Shown here: piece by piece, positions 1-10,452 of the stretch | Layout of the letters: every line of letters begins with the position of its first letter | Numbering within the stretch: the first letter of the stretch is position 1 | Assembly: GCA_043228905.1 (NCBI GenBank) | Contig: JBHGNT010000020.1 | Location: 7,130,001 to 7,194,000 of the forward strand | Direction of reading: 5' to 3' | Origin: Azolla caroliniana | Lineage: Eukaryota > Plantae > Polypodiophyta | DNA length: 64,000 nt | Made by a program: the position numbers and the translations under genes | Notes under the pieces: generated by a model | What the model saw: the letters and a program-made list of their open reading frames with translations, nothing else | The model's database searches: none | What the model was told of the DNA's origin: nothing

Positions 1-1207
1 TCATGTAGAGTCGTTTGATACCCATCTTTGGCTAACATGATGATGGAGACCAGACTCCTCTTTAGATCAGGTACGTGCCGAACTCGGTGCAGGGTTATTG
101 TGTTACCATTTGGCAATCTGATGGGAACCTCCCCAGTTCCGGCTATCTTGCACTCCTGCTCGTTTCCCAGTCGGGCTGTGCCGCTGGCGTCTGCTTAATA
201 GTTCGAGAACCATTCAACGTTGGGGGTCACGTGAAATGTGGCACCAGAGTCTAGTAGCCACGTGTGTGCAACTTGTGCACTGTAGAGGACTTCTCCGATC
301 ATTGAATCCTCTAGGGAGAGGATTTCTCCGAATTGGGTGTTGGCAACATTGATCTGGTTGCCAACTGGGGCGTGGTCTGAGTCGGAACGTCCCCGATTCT
401 GCTCGGATCGTCGACCACTCTCTTTTCTTTTTATTGACCAGTAGTTGGAAACATTGTGGCCAGCTTTCTTGCAGTGTGTGCAGTACTCGCTTGTTCGGCT
501 TGTTTTCGACTTCAACCGTTGTCGGTCTCCCGTCGTTCTTGATCAACTATATTGTTGACCGGTTCAGTCGGCTTGTTCTTTCGGTCGAACGACTCAGTTG
601 AGTGGTGGGCTTCTACCGACTCGTCGATGGATAGTCCCATCGATTTTCGCCTGATGTCCTCTGTGAGGACTTGGCCGGTTGTTTCGTCCAAATTCAGGAT
701 CGGTCGGTTATTGGCGTGTGTTGTACAGAATACCTCCCAACTCGCCAGCAAACTCGATAGGAGGGCAAGGGCTTTCACTTCTTCTTCGAAGTTGATCCCT
801 TGGGACGAGAGCTCCGACAACACCCGGCTGAAGGTGTTGATGTGGGAGGTTTCCGGATCGGTCTCTTTCATCTTCATGTTGAACAATTGTTTGATCAAGA
901 TATGTTTTGAAGATGAAGACTTCTTCTCATATACGACCCATAATTTCTCCCACAATGAAAACGCTATCATCTCTTTTGCCATGCTGAAATATATGTTTTC
1001 AGCCAGATGCATTCCGATGGTGGAGCGTGCTATTTCGTCCATTGATCTCCACTCTTTTGCTGTCATCGAAGCAGGCTTTTTGTTATGCCGAATGACTTCG
1101 ACCTGTCTTCGGATAATCAACACATCTTGCATCATCTCTTTCCACAGGGCAAAGTTTTTGCCGTCGAACTTTCTAATTTCAACTCCTGTTCCGGATGTTG
1201 AAGCCAT
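1..1207 (-). pseudogene. gag: Copia gag-protease (disrupted)
   Basis: KFDGKNFALWK gag start, UBN2-like region, zinc knuckle CTHCKKAGH, protease WLLDSGATFH. Frameshift near 512-546 and stop at 195. Confidence 0.9.
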
Positions 1208-1309
1208 ATTCTTTTTGTGGATTTGATGTTTCTGACCTGGTCTTTTCTTTCAGCTTCTTCTTCTGTTATCTGTTGCCGCCACACAACAAAACACTGCTTT
1301 GATACCACT

Positions 1310-1621
1310 TGTTGGTTAATGTCGACAGTTATGCGGAAGTGTGTGTTCGGATCTGATGGCTAGAACAACAAACAACATACACACAGAAGATAGAGAAGGC
1401 AGATATAGACTTACACAATTGCACGCTTTAATGGAAAGCTTCTTATTTCTGCACAACGTGTTTTTCTCTCTCAGAGATTACAATCGTCTCCTCGTCATCG
1501 TCATCATCGTCGTCGTCTCATTACAATGTTAGGTATTCACTTATATACTACACCCTAACTTATTAACGAGTTCACACTTGGACGGATACAACTTGGAAGA
1601 AGTCGGCCTTTTATGCCAACA
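1310..1621 (-). repeat. 5' LTR of the left-edge copia
   Basis: TG...CA with 6-bp terminal inverted repeats, next to the PBS. Confidence 0.8.
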
Positions 1622-1800
1622 ACTAATTGGCTAAGTGATAGCTAATTAGCTACTACCAACCTATAGTCTAGCAACTAATTAGCTAAGATGTAGCTAATTG
1701 GCTAAGTGGTAGCTAATTAGCTATTAGACTAACATGTAGCAATATCGAGCAGTATTCAACTTAGGTCATAGAAAAACACAAGAGAAGCCGCTAATTAGCT
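1622..1800. repeat. TAGCTAATTAGCTA motif cluster of element A
   Basis: Repeated tagctaattagcta/ggcta, the same motif as the array at 32390-33810. Confidence 0.85.
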
Positions 1801-1930
1801 GACATGTTGTTGTAGAATCACGTGGAGTAAGGAGGTTGCATGAGGTGTCTGGTTCTGATGACGCCGCGACCGATGAGGAGATAGTTGGCAACGTGGCTGA
1901 AAGTAAGAGTCTGCTATCACATCGCCTTCA

Positions 1931-3586
1931 GATTAGCTCCACCCTATTCTTTTGGAAGATTGTATTGAATTAGGCAACGTTGGGAAAAGCAATGAAATAT
2001 TGGAAACAACATGTAAATTTGAGGTTCATAACAACAATGTTTTTGAACACTTGATGCAACATTTCTTCGAATCCCAAAACCTTGATTCAACCCCACCGAG
2101 CCCAACTATTGATGATGTCCCACCAGATCCCATTGTACATGAAAAGCTATCAGAAGACGCGGCTTACGTGCAAGCCACTGTTGAGCCGATGGAAAGGTTG
2201 TCGGAGAAGGACACACTTGCGCAATGGGTGAAGAAGCAAGGCTAAATGGGCAACCAGCTAGAAAAAGGCTGAAGAAGGGTCCACGATCGGGTACAAGACC
2301 AATTACTCGATCAAGGGGCTCTTGAATTGGAGCTAATTACTACCAATTATTGATTAGTGAGATATGACTATTAGCTATTTTCCTAGAAAATTATGAAGAT
2401 GGCCTATGGTCTATTTGGACAAGTAACACCTCAGATTGGTTGTTGTTTGATCCACATTATGTAATACTATTATTTTGTTGCAGAATATTTCATGTTCATT
2501 GTGTTGTTTTGTGAGACTATTAGCTACTTTGTGAGTGTGAATATGCTGGTGTTTTTTGATGTTGTAGAGTCTAAAGGGTTTGAATCTATTGCTCCTAAGG
2601 CCGATGGCAGTGTGGAAACTGTTGATGTTGCTATGTGTTTAGAGGGCCCCATCTTGAAAGTAGATGTAGCAATTGGCACAAATTATCTAGTCACACAAGT
2701 AGATCAAGCATGTTGCACAGATGATCTGATTTTGCAGGTAGATGCATCATGTGATACCAGTGGGCTGATATTGACCAGAGAAGTATCTAAATGCATAGAG
2801 GTAATGCCAGGACCGATGACACAATCGACTATACAAGAGCAAAACAGTGTGAAGCCAGGCCCAAGGACTACACAAGAGCAAAACAAGGTGAAGCTAGACC
2901 CAAAGACACAATGGACTAGGGGTTTGAAGGGGAAAAGAACACCAATTGTGTCGACAAAACTTGAGTTGATTGAAATTGATCGTGTGCTACCAATACTTGG
3001 TGTAATAGAGGCTCAATTGCAGGAATGGAAACCTAAACCATTAGAAGACGAAAGAAGAGCCTTGATCTTGGAGCTTGATAAAGTTTTGATGAGTGTGCGA
3101 TATATGACACCAATGAGGGACGCGAATCAATTTATAGAGTGGGCTATGCAATACTTTGATTTGTTTATTTGGAGTGTAAAACCACGTTCAGATGTTTGGA
3201 ATTGTGTAGAAAGATTCTTTCCAAAGTGGCGACGACACTTCAAGGGTCAGTGGACACGAGAAAGATGTGAGTAGCATGATATTGCAAGATTCAAAAGACT
3301 TTCTGATTTTTGGCATACTTGGCCCAAATATAATGATGAGAATATGTTGATTATGGATACATAACATTTCTGACATTACTACAACCTTTGCAGATGCTGT
3401 CTCATTGTACCCGACAAAATGCTTGATAACTACTTGGTGAAAACATTGAGCTGCCAACTAACTACATGGTTGTGGACACCATACTGAGCTTGGTATGCAG
3501 ATCACATATGTAGAGAAGTTCCACTGAACAACAAGACCTAAACTATTTATAGGCGCTTTGTAGACATTGTCAATGGTGTATTATAA
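1931..3586 (+). pseudogene. Accessory gene of element A with a C-terminal FCP1/NIF (HAD-superfamily) phosphatase-like domain, decayed
   Basis: From about 3058: RALILELDKVLM...RDANQFIEWAMQYFDLFIWS...WTRERCE*HDIARFKRLSDFWHTWPKYNDENMLIMD. This matches the NIF/FCP1 order of motifs (hydrophobic-DLDxxL, F..WS, K.L..W, NTL.ID). Likely acceptor at 2567; several internal stops. The upstream exon structure is uncertain. Confidence 0.6.
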
Positions 3587-3985
3587 ATATGTAATTTGAT
3601 GACAGATTAATCAATGAAGAATTAAATTGCTTGTTTTGAGTAAATGATCTACTTTGTAATTTTAAAATAGGTCATTGATTTCTGATTTCATGTTATTGGT
3701 TGTTCTCAAAATGACAAACTGTTTGAACTTGTACATGGTTCACTTGAGAGTGAAAAAACCATTGCCAAAATATATTCCAGCAAGTATAATCGTCATTATG
3801 CACATTGAACAGACATTAAAATTGAAAGTTGCAATAAGTAAAAGGGACAGTAATCAATACACATTTAACATACACGATTTTATTAAGAAACAAGAACAGA
3901 AAAAGACTCCCAAAAGATTTTGTTAAACAGTTTTTTTGCAATACAACTACTTTGTCCACTTTACAAGAAAATTGGTATGATCTCC

Positions 3986-5404
3986 TTATTGCCACAAATT
4001 CCATGGCATACTATTAAAAATACATTCATACACATTAGCACTAATTGTGTATAAATTAGAGCAGCTATTGTATTGTGAGATCAAGATGTTGATGCACCTA
4101 ACCAAATGAGAGTACATGTACGCTACTGGTTTGTCTTCTAAAAGCCTATACACATAATCGTAATCATCTAGTCTTGCAGAAAAAATACCTTCGATGTAGA
4201 ATGTCTCGGCAGATACAAAATTTCCCCAAGCATCTACAATATTCTGCGTTGCACATTGTTTACAAATAGTGCACTTCAATACATAGAAATCAACACCCTC
4301 TAATTTTGTTTCTTCTGCATTTACAACGAACTTATTCCCAACATTTATGACATGTATAATTCAGAGTATCTCCACGATCCTGATATGTGAAGTCAACATT
4401 GTGTTATGTTTCTCCATCCGTTCGGTCCTTATCATTCAATGTATGGTACTCCCAATTCTGAATATATGCTTTATTTAAACAATACCTCCAATTTCCCTGC
4501 ACACAATGGAAGCAAAAACAAGTTAATTCTCTAACCGCAATACAATGACCATCCAACCTAGAATAACCCCGAACAACATGGATAGATCGCAATTCGGGAA
4601 TTCCTTGACACTCCTAGGTCTTCTCCCTACTTACTTCATCTATCTTGACTTCCCAAAATTCACGCTTGATATCTCGGACCTGCGAGGAATAAACACCAGT
4701 TGCACTCGTTGACATATTAGCTCTTAAAAATTCGTCTACATGTGCTGCACAATTCATATGCACACCATCTGCCTTTAGTTGTTCATGGGTTAGTGGCCGC
4801 TTTATAATTGCACCTGCTCCATCATGTTCACCTTTACCATGACCAAACCCCAAAAAATTCCATCTCATCTCCAAACCTGTTACAGAAGGATACCTCCCAA
4901 CAAAATAAAATGGACATCTAGCCTTGAATTGTGACGCAACTACGTAAGACCAGACCCAATGTTGAGTAAGCTCCAAATGTTGACATAATAACCATTGCCA
5001 ATGTAACTTTAAATAGTATTGGACAAACAATGTATCATGCTTCTTATCATCAGAAATAAAAAAATGAATTTCTTTCTTAACATCACATGAAACTCGAAAA
5101 TATGTTATGTGCACAAAAATGGTTACTTGCACTGAACACCAATGCATGGATTGAATTTCATTCTGCTGCTTGAAAGTATAATTCTTTGCGAAATCTACTA
5201 CTGAGACAACAATCATTTGGAAAATCAGATATGCAAGTCTTAAACTGATGGGCATGCCATGTATAAATGATGTTGTGTTTAATTGACTTTCCTAGAGATA
5301 CTATAAATAGATACGCCCAATCCCTTGGTTTAAGCGACTTCTTAAGTAGATCCTTTCTTTTACACACCTTTCCTTCGAAATTAGTGTCCACAAAATCAAA
5401 TAAC
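3986..5404 (-). pseudogene. Element A transposase, catalytic and C-terminal part
   Basis: DFAKNYTFKQQNEIQSMHW, HFFISDDKKHD, WSYVVASQFK, WNFLGFGHGKGEHDGAGAIIKR, CFCFHC. Contains frameshifts and stops. Confidence 0.85.
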
Positions 5405-5659
5405 CAACGTTGTTTATGTACGCGTATTTAACGTATCAATACGTATAATACCTTCTTATTTGTATAGTACATACCATACGTCAAAGTTGTTCATTCAAAT
5501 GTCATATACATTCGTCTAATACGGTATTTAACGTACCTTTAAAAAAATACGTATAGTACTTATTTATAGAAAATGTGAGCAAAACCCTAAAGAAAGCAAA
5601 AGAAAAGAACAACTTTAGTAAAATAGAAGGAAGGAAGAAAGACGGACAGAATAGACTTA

Positions 5660-5878
5660 GAAGAAGAAGAAGAAGAAGAAGAAGAAGAAGAAGCACTAGA
5701 AGAAGAAGAAGAAGAAGCACTAGAAGAAGAAGAAGAAGAAGAAGCACTAGAAGAAGAAGAAGAAGAAGAAGCACAAGAAGAAGAAGAACAACAAGAAGAA
5801 CAACAAGAAGAACAACAAGAAGAAGAACAAGAAGAAGAAGAAGAAGAAGAAGAAGAAGAAGAAGAAGAAGAAGAAGAA
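5660..5878. repeat. (AGA)n microsatellite with periodic AGCACT/ACA interruptions
   Basis: Directly visible. Confidence 0.95.
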
Positions 5879-6479
5879 AATAAAATCAGGTTAGTGAATA
5901 TGTTTCTTTCTTTTATTTTTTATGATTAAGTATACCTCCCATTTTGTTGTATTCCAATGTCAAGTTGTATGATAATACCAAATGACAAGGGAGATTTAAT
6001 TTTTAGTTGATCTAGTTTACGTATGCTTGTGTCCAGCAATCTATCTATTCCACAATAATGCATCTATACAAGTAACAAATTGGTAGACAATTGTAATTGA
6101 CGTCATGCAATAAAACTCTCCTCTTTGCAAGTGTTGAGATCAAATATTATAGGAACCATGTGTTGAAACTCAAACATGTATGTATACATGTAGACAATGT
6201 GTTCAAAATCTTTCACAATTTGTAGCATTAGCTAATCCTTTGCTTATTGATTTTAGTGGTTGTATCCCATTTGAATTCATTTCAGAAATTGATCATTCTA
6301 ATTTACTTTCCATGTTACTATAAATGACATTGGTTTCCAGAAACATTGAAGATCTCAATTTCGTGTCATGGGAAAAGTGCTTGGTCCTTTTTTAATGATG
6401 TCCCATTTTTTATCATTTGCAATGCATATTTATTTGTGTTAACAACTACTCATTTTTTGGAATATCATGGTTTTGGTTG

Positions 6480-7040
6480 TCTGCTTTTGAATGTGATGGG
6501 TATGAATAAATGTGCACTTGCTAGAACCCTTTCAATACAGCCTCCATATACATGGATTGTCCTTTATCTGTAGGCCCTAATAAACCGCACACTTTTAGGA
6601 CATGGGCAATGTATATGCATCCGGAAAGATTCCATCAACTTGCATTTTATCGAAAGAATCTAATGCTTTCTCAGTAGTTCTATACTCAACAAACCCTCCA
6701 ATGAGAGCATTCCTTTAAGACACAAGAAAAGGTGAAAGTGTTTGGTAGTAATAAGTATCCCCTCATCTTGTATCTTTTCAAAGCTTTTCAGTGCATCCTC
6801 AACGGGTCTATGCTCAGCATATCATGCAATCAATGTTGTCCATAATACCACATCTCGGTTGGACATTCGGTTGAAAACATTTTGCACTTCCACTATAGAT
6901 CCACATTTGACATACATATCTAGCAAAGCACTATGAATAAATAGATCTTCATCGAACCCTTTCTGTACATCTTCAAGATGGATTTCTTGACCAAATTCTA
7001 CTTCCCTTTTGGCTTCCAAACTTGTTGAATTTTTTGCTTT
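6480..7040 (-). pseudogene. Captured PLS-class pentatricopeptide repeat (PPR) gene fragment
   Basis: GQEIH...DLFIHSALLDMYVKCGSIVEVQNVFNRMSNRDVVLWTTLIA*YAEH...EDALKSFEKIQDEGI, then ...FDKMQVDGIFPD. Contains stops and frameshifts. Confidence 0.85.
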
Positions 7041-7147
7041 TATGCATATCGTTATTACGTTAAGCATTAAGGCTCTTTAGTTAAGTTATGGTAATTTTTG
7101 CATGTCGTTATTACGTTAAGCATTAAGGCTCTTTAGTTAAGTTATCT

Positions 7148-7985
7148 ATGATGACGCCAGTCACATGGTGGGAAAATTTTGGTGGAAGAACTCCAAAGCT
7201 CCAAGCATTAGCTGTCCGCATATTATCCCAAGTAAGTGTCAAGTTTTGAAAAAATGATCAATTTTATAGTTAAGTTCTAAAATACTGCACTTTTGTGTAC
7301 TACCTTTTATTTCATATTTTGTTTTCTATTAGGATTGCTCTTCTGGGGCAGCAGAAAGGAATTGGAATGCACATGCTCTCGCACATACAAAAAATAGAAA
7401 TAGACTAAAGGTAGCACAACTTGAACGATTGGTATATGTGCGAGAGAACTTAAGGCTAGTTCGCAAGTTTGAGACTGTGAATGCATCTCCAATGCAGGTA
7501 TTGTTTTATTCACTTCTTATAATTTACATTCCTCAAATTTCGTTAAGCTTTTATAAACTTGTTTGCAGGTGAATCCAAATGAGATAGATGTCTCTAAGAC
7601 TCTTGATATTCCATCTATTAGCCACGAGAATGATATGGATAGAGAATTCTATGAAACTTATTTTCAAGAAACAATGAGCCTGAGAAGAAGGACAAGGAGC
7701 ATGACAAGATCACATACGACAACATCAAGTGATGGAGTCCCTATTGATCGAATACGGAGGTAGAGGCCAAGAAGAGATGATGAGCGGTCTTCTTGTAATA
7801 GGAGAATAACAAGATCAAGTACATTTGCTTCTTTACCACCAAATGATCAAGATAATGTTAATGGAATAGAAGAAGCAATTCATACAAATTATGATGATCT
7901 TACTGATGAAGAACCTATGTTGATGTCATCAACTAACACTGAATCTGATGATGAAGATGGTGATTGTGATGAGGACGAGATCTAA
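7148..7985 (+). pseudogene. hAT transposase C-terminal dimerisation-domain exons
   Basis: TPVTWWENFGGRTPKLQALAVRILSQ | intron 7232-7332 | DCSSGAAERNWNAHALAHTKNRNRL...LERLVYVRENL | intron 7498-7568 | acidic tail. Confidence 0.85.
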
Positions 7986-8800
7986 TGACTAATATTTCTG
8001 ATTTCTATACATTATTACTAAGCTCAATAGCCATATGTTACTTTTCTTTGATCTAAGCCCATTTTGATACATTGGAGTCTTGGACATAGTTCAAGTTATG
8101 TGTTCTTAGAAGTCAAATATTTGATGTTATGTGTTGTTAAGGTTTTTTTCTAAATTTTGTTCCTACAATGCATTCTATTTCTTTGACAAAATGCAATGTA
8201 AGTGTATCTCAAATATTTGATGTTATGTGTTCTGAAGGTTTTTTCCAAATCAAAAGATGTGTTCTTTTCTTCAATAGGTATGTTGCACTTCTTTTCAAAG
8301 TGTTGTTTTTGTCAAAAGTACGATTTTTTTTGTAGAATTTTAGCTTGTCATGACTCATCATGTGAATTCCCTCAATCATGTGAGGGATATACAGTTTTTG
8401 CTTCGTGGCCTTGGCTGTTGTTGTAAATGCCCAACAAGTTTGGGTTTTTTTTTACCTAACAAATATCTATTTGATTTGTTGATTTGTATCCTTTTGATTC
8501 TCATATTTGCTCGATTTGCCCTTTAGTACTTTTAAGATGCAACTACAGCCATGGAATGCTTCGTTACATTGCATATACACGGTTACAATATTACAATATT
8601 ACAAATATTTTTTAAGAAAGTAAATAAATTTCAAATTCTAGAAGTATTTAACGTACTATACGTATTTTATGCATTTTATAGGTATTTAACATACTAAAAA
8701 ATGTATTTAACGTATTTTAAAATTGGGAGGTACTATACCCGTATTAATACGTTAAATACGTATGGTATTAGTACCGTACCTAATGTACCTAACAACCATG

Positions 8801-8966
8801 GAGGTAACATGCTCTTATGATTTACAATGCTCTTGTAGGCTAGATTGACAAATTGGGCACTCACAACTGCAGATTGCATCCTCTAGGGAGGACTATGGTG
8901 ACGTAGTAGATTAACAGAGTCCTTGAGAAAACCCATTTGTACATGGTAAATGCAACAACATGTGTG
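8801..8966 (-). pseudogene. Element A transposase segment (Cys-rich) between the hAT and element B
   Basis: TCCCIYHVQMGFLKDSVNLLR...CSCECPIC, homologous to NTCCCVYNIKMDMLR...CTCEVC in element B. Confidence 0.8.
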
Positions 8967-9391
8967 GGTCAGAGCATGCTACGGTGTACCAACTTTTGGC
9001 CAAAACTTTAGTACTAATTCCATGTGGAGGAAAACTTAAAAATGTAAAAATAAATCCAATATTTGGGTTTAAAAAGTTGATCACTTGTGTTAAAATTCAA
9101 AGTCACATTCAATGAAAATGGATTTCAAATATGAAAAAACATCACTTGTGTTAAAATCCTAGGTAATGTTATAAGGAGGTCTTAACTATATAAGATCTCG
9201 AGTAGTCAGTCAATCATGAAGATAGTTAGTCAGTCAGTCTTCCACTTTGTATCTCTTGGCTCGAAGGTTTATCTTGAACTGTAAGTTACTCTCTTTCTCT
9301 CTCTACACTCGGTGATTCCCTAGGTTCGTACCTCCTCTCTCTGTCACTCTTTCCTTCACCCTTCTACTCGTTATAACATTCACATTCTAAT

Positions 9392-9425
<34 letters not shown>

Positions 9426-9749
9426 AACTTCTGCACAGGTTTCTCCACGTTCTCTGCTTAGCCTACAAACTCCAAGCATTCCTGCTCATCGTGTCCTCTT
9501 TGCAACAACAATACGCTCAAATGTCCTACTGTGTCCTTGCTGCATCGACATCATGTGTTCAATTGTGTCCTCGTCGCATCCTCTCTCTCTCAATTGTTGT
9601 ACTGTGTCCTCGTTGCATTGAGCTTTCCTTTGTTGGCCATGTTCGCTCTCTCAGGTGTTCTCTAAAGTGTGGTTTTCTCACTTTGTCCCCTTCGCATCAG
9701 TCTTTGCTCTGTTGGTCGTGTTCCCTCTACCTCCAAGTCTTCGCTCTAC

Positions 9750-10200
9750 CTGGTACATGTTCTACTATATGTTTGATTCTATCTGTTTTTGTCATTTAGG
9801 GTTTTGTTGTTGTTGTTCTCCCTTGATCATTTGAGTGCTTTGTAAATGCATATGCTTGAATTTGAGAGTATTGTACATGCTTATGTCATTTTCTATAGGT
9901 GCTTGAATTTTGTACATCTACAACCATAACGATGTTTGGGACATGTTTATCTATATGTTTGATTCTATTTGTTATTATCATTTAGGGTTTTGTTGTTGTT
10001 TTTCTCCCTTGATCATTTGAGAGTTTTGCACATGCATATGCTTGAATTTGAGAGTCGGTCAACATGATTATGTCATTTTCTATAGGTCCTTGAATTTTGT
10101 ACAACCCCAACCCTAATGACATTTGGTACATGTTCTATTGTATGTTTGATTCTATGTGTTATTTTCATTTAGGGCTCTTGAATTTTGTACATGTTGATAT
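9750..10200. repeat. About 180-bp tandem duplication (about 2.5 copies) upstream of the element B accessory gene
   Basis: Recurring tatgtttgattcta...catttagggttttgttgttgtt...cttgaattttgtaca blocks. Confidence 0.75.
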
Positions 10201-10452
10201 ATTGAAAGAGGGTTCTTGTTAAATGATCTTGATCTTGTACTTGTACTTGTCCTTTTTTTTGTTTTTGTTGTTCTTGTTGTCCTTATTATTCTTGTTTTCC
10301 TACTTGATTTAGAACTGTTATGATGAATGTGTATATGTTGTGTATCGGGAGTTAACATTATGTTTCATATCCGACATCTCCTTGAATTGTATATTATTTA
10401 ATATTGTTTACTATTGTTGTGCATGTGAGGCGAAGAAGAGAGACAGGATTCT

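Larger units (their letters stand above)
1..1621 (-). mobile_element. Ty1/copia LTR retrotransposon, 5' part (runs off the left edge), inserted in the TAGCTA array of DNA transposon A
   Basis: LTR 1310-1621 with TGTTGG...CCAACA ends; Met-tRNA PBS (TGGTATCAAAGC on minus) at 1296-1307; gag and protease downstream. Predicted TSD ACTAA (1622-1626); its partner is outside the window. Confidence 0.85.
5405..8800 (+). mobile_element. Internally deleted hAT transposon carrying a PPR fragment
   Basis: Termini CAACGTTGTTTA and TAACAACCATG, subterminal gtatttaacgta repeats at both ends, and hAT dimerisation-domain exons. The 8-bp flanks caaataac and gaggtaac match only 5/8. Confidence 0.75.

Noticed and set aside
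5502-5883. Poly-Arg and poly-Leu ORFs
   Set aside because: Translations of the (AGA)n microsatellite.
6480-7067. A functional host PPR gene
   Set aside because: Short, with stops and frameshifts, and enclosed by hAT termini.
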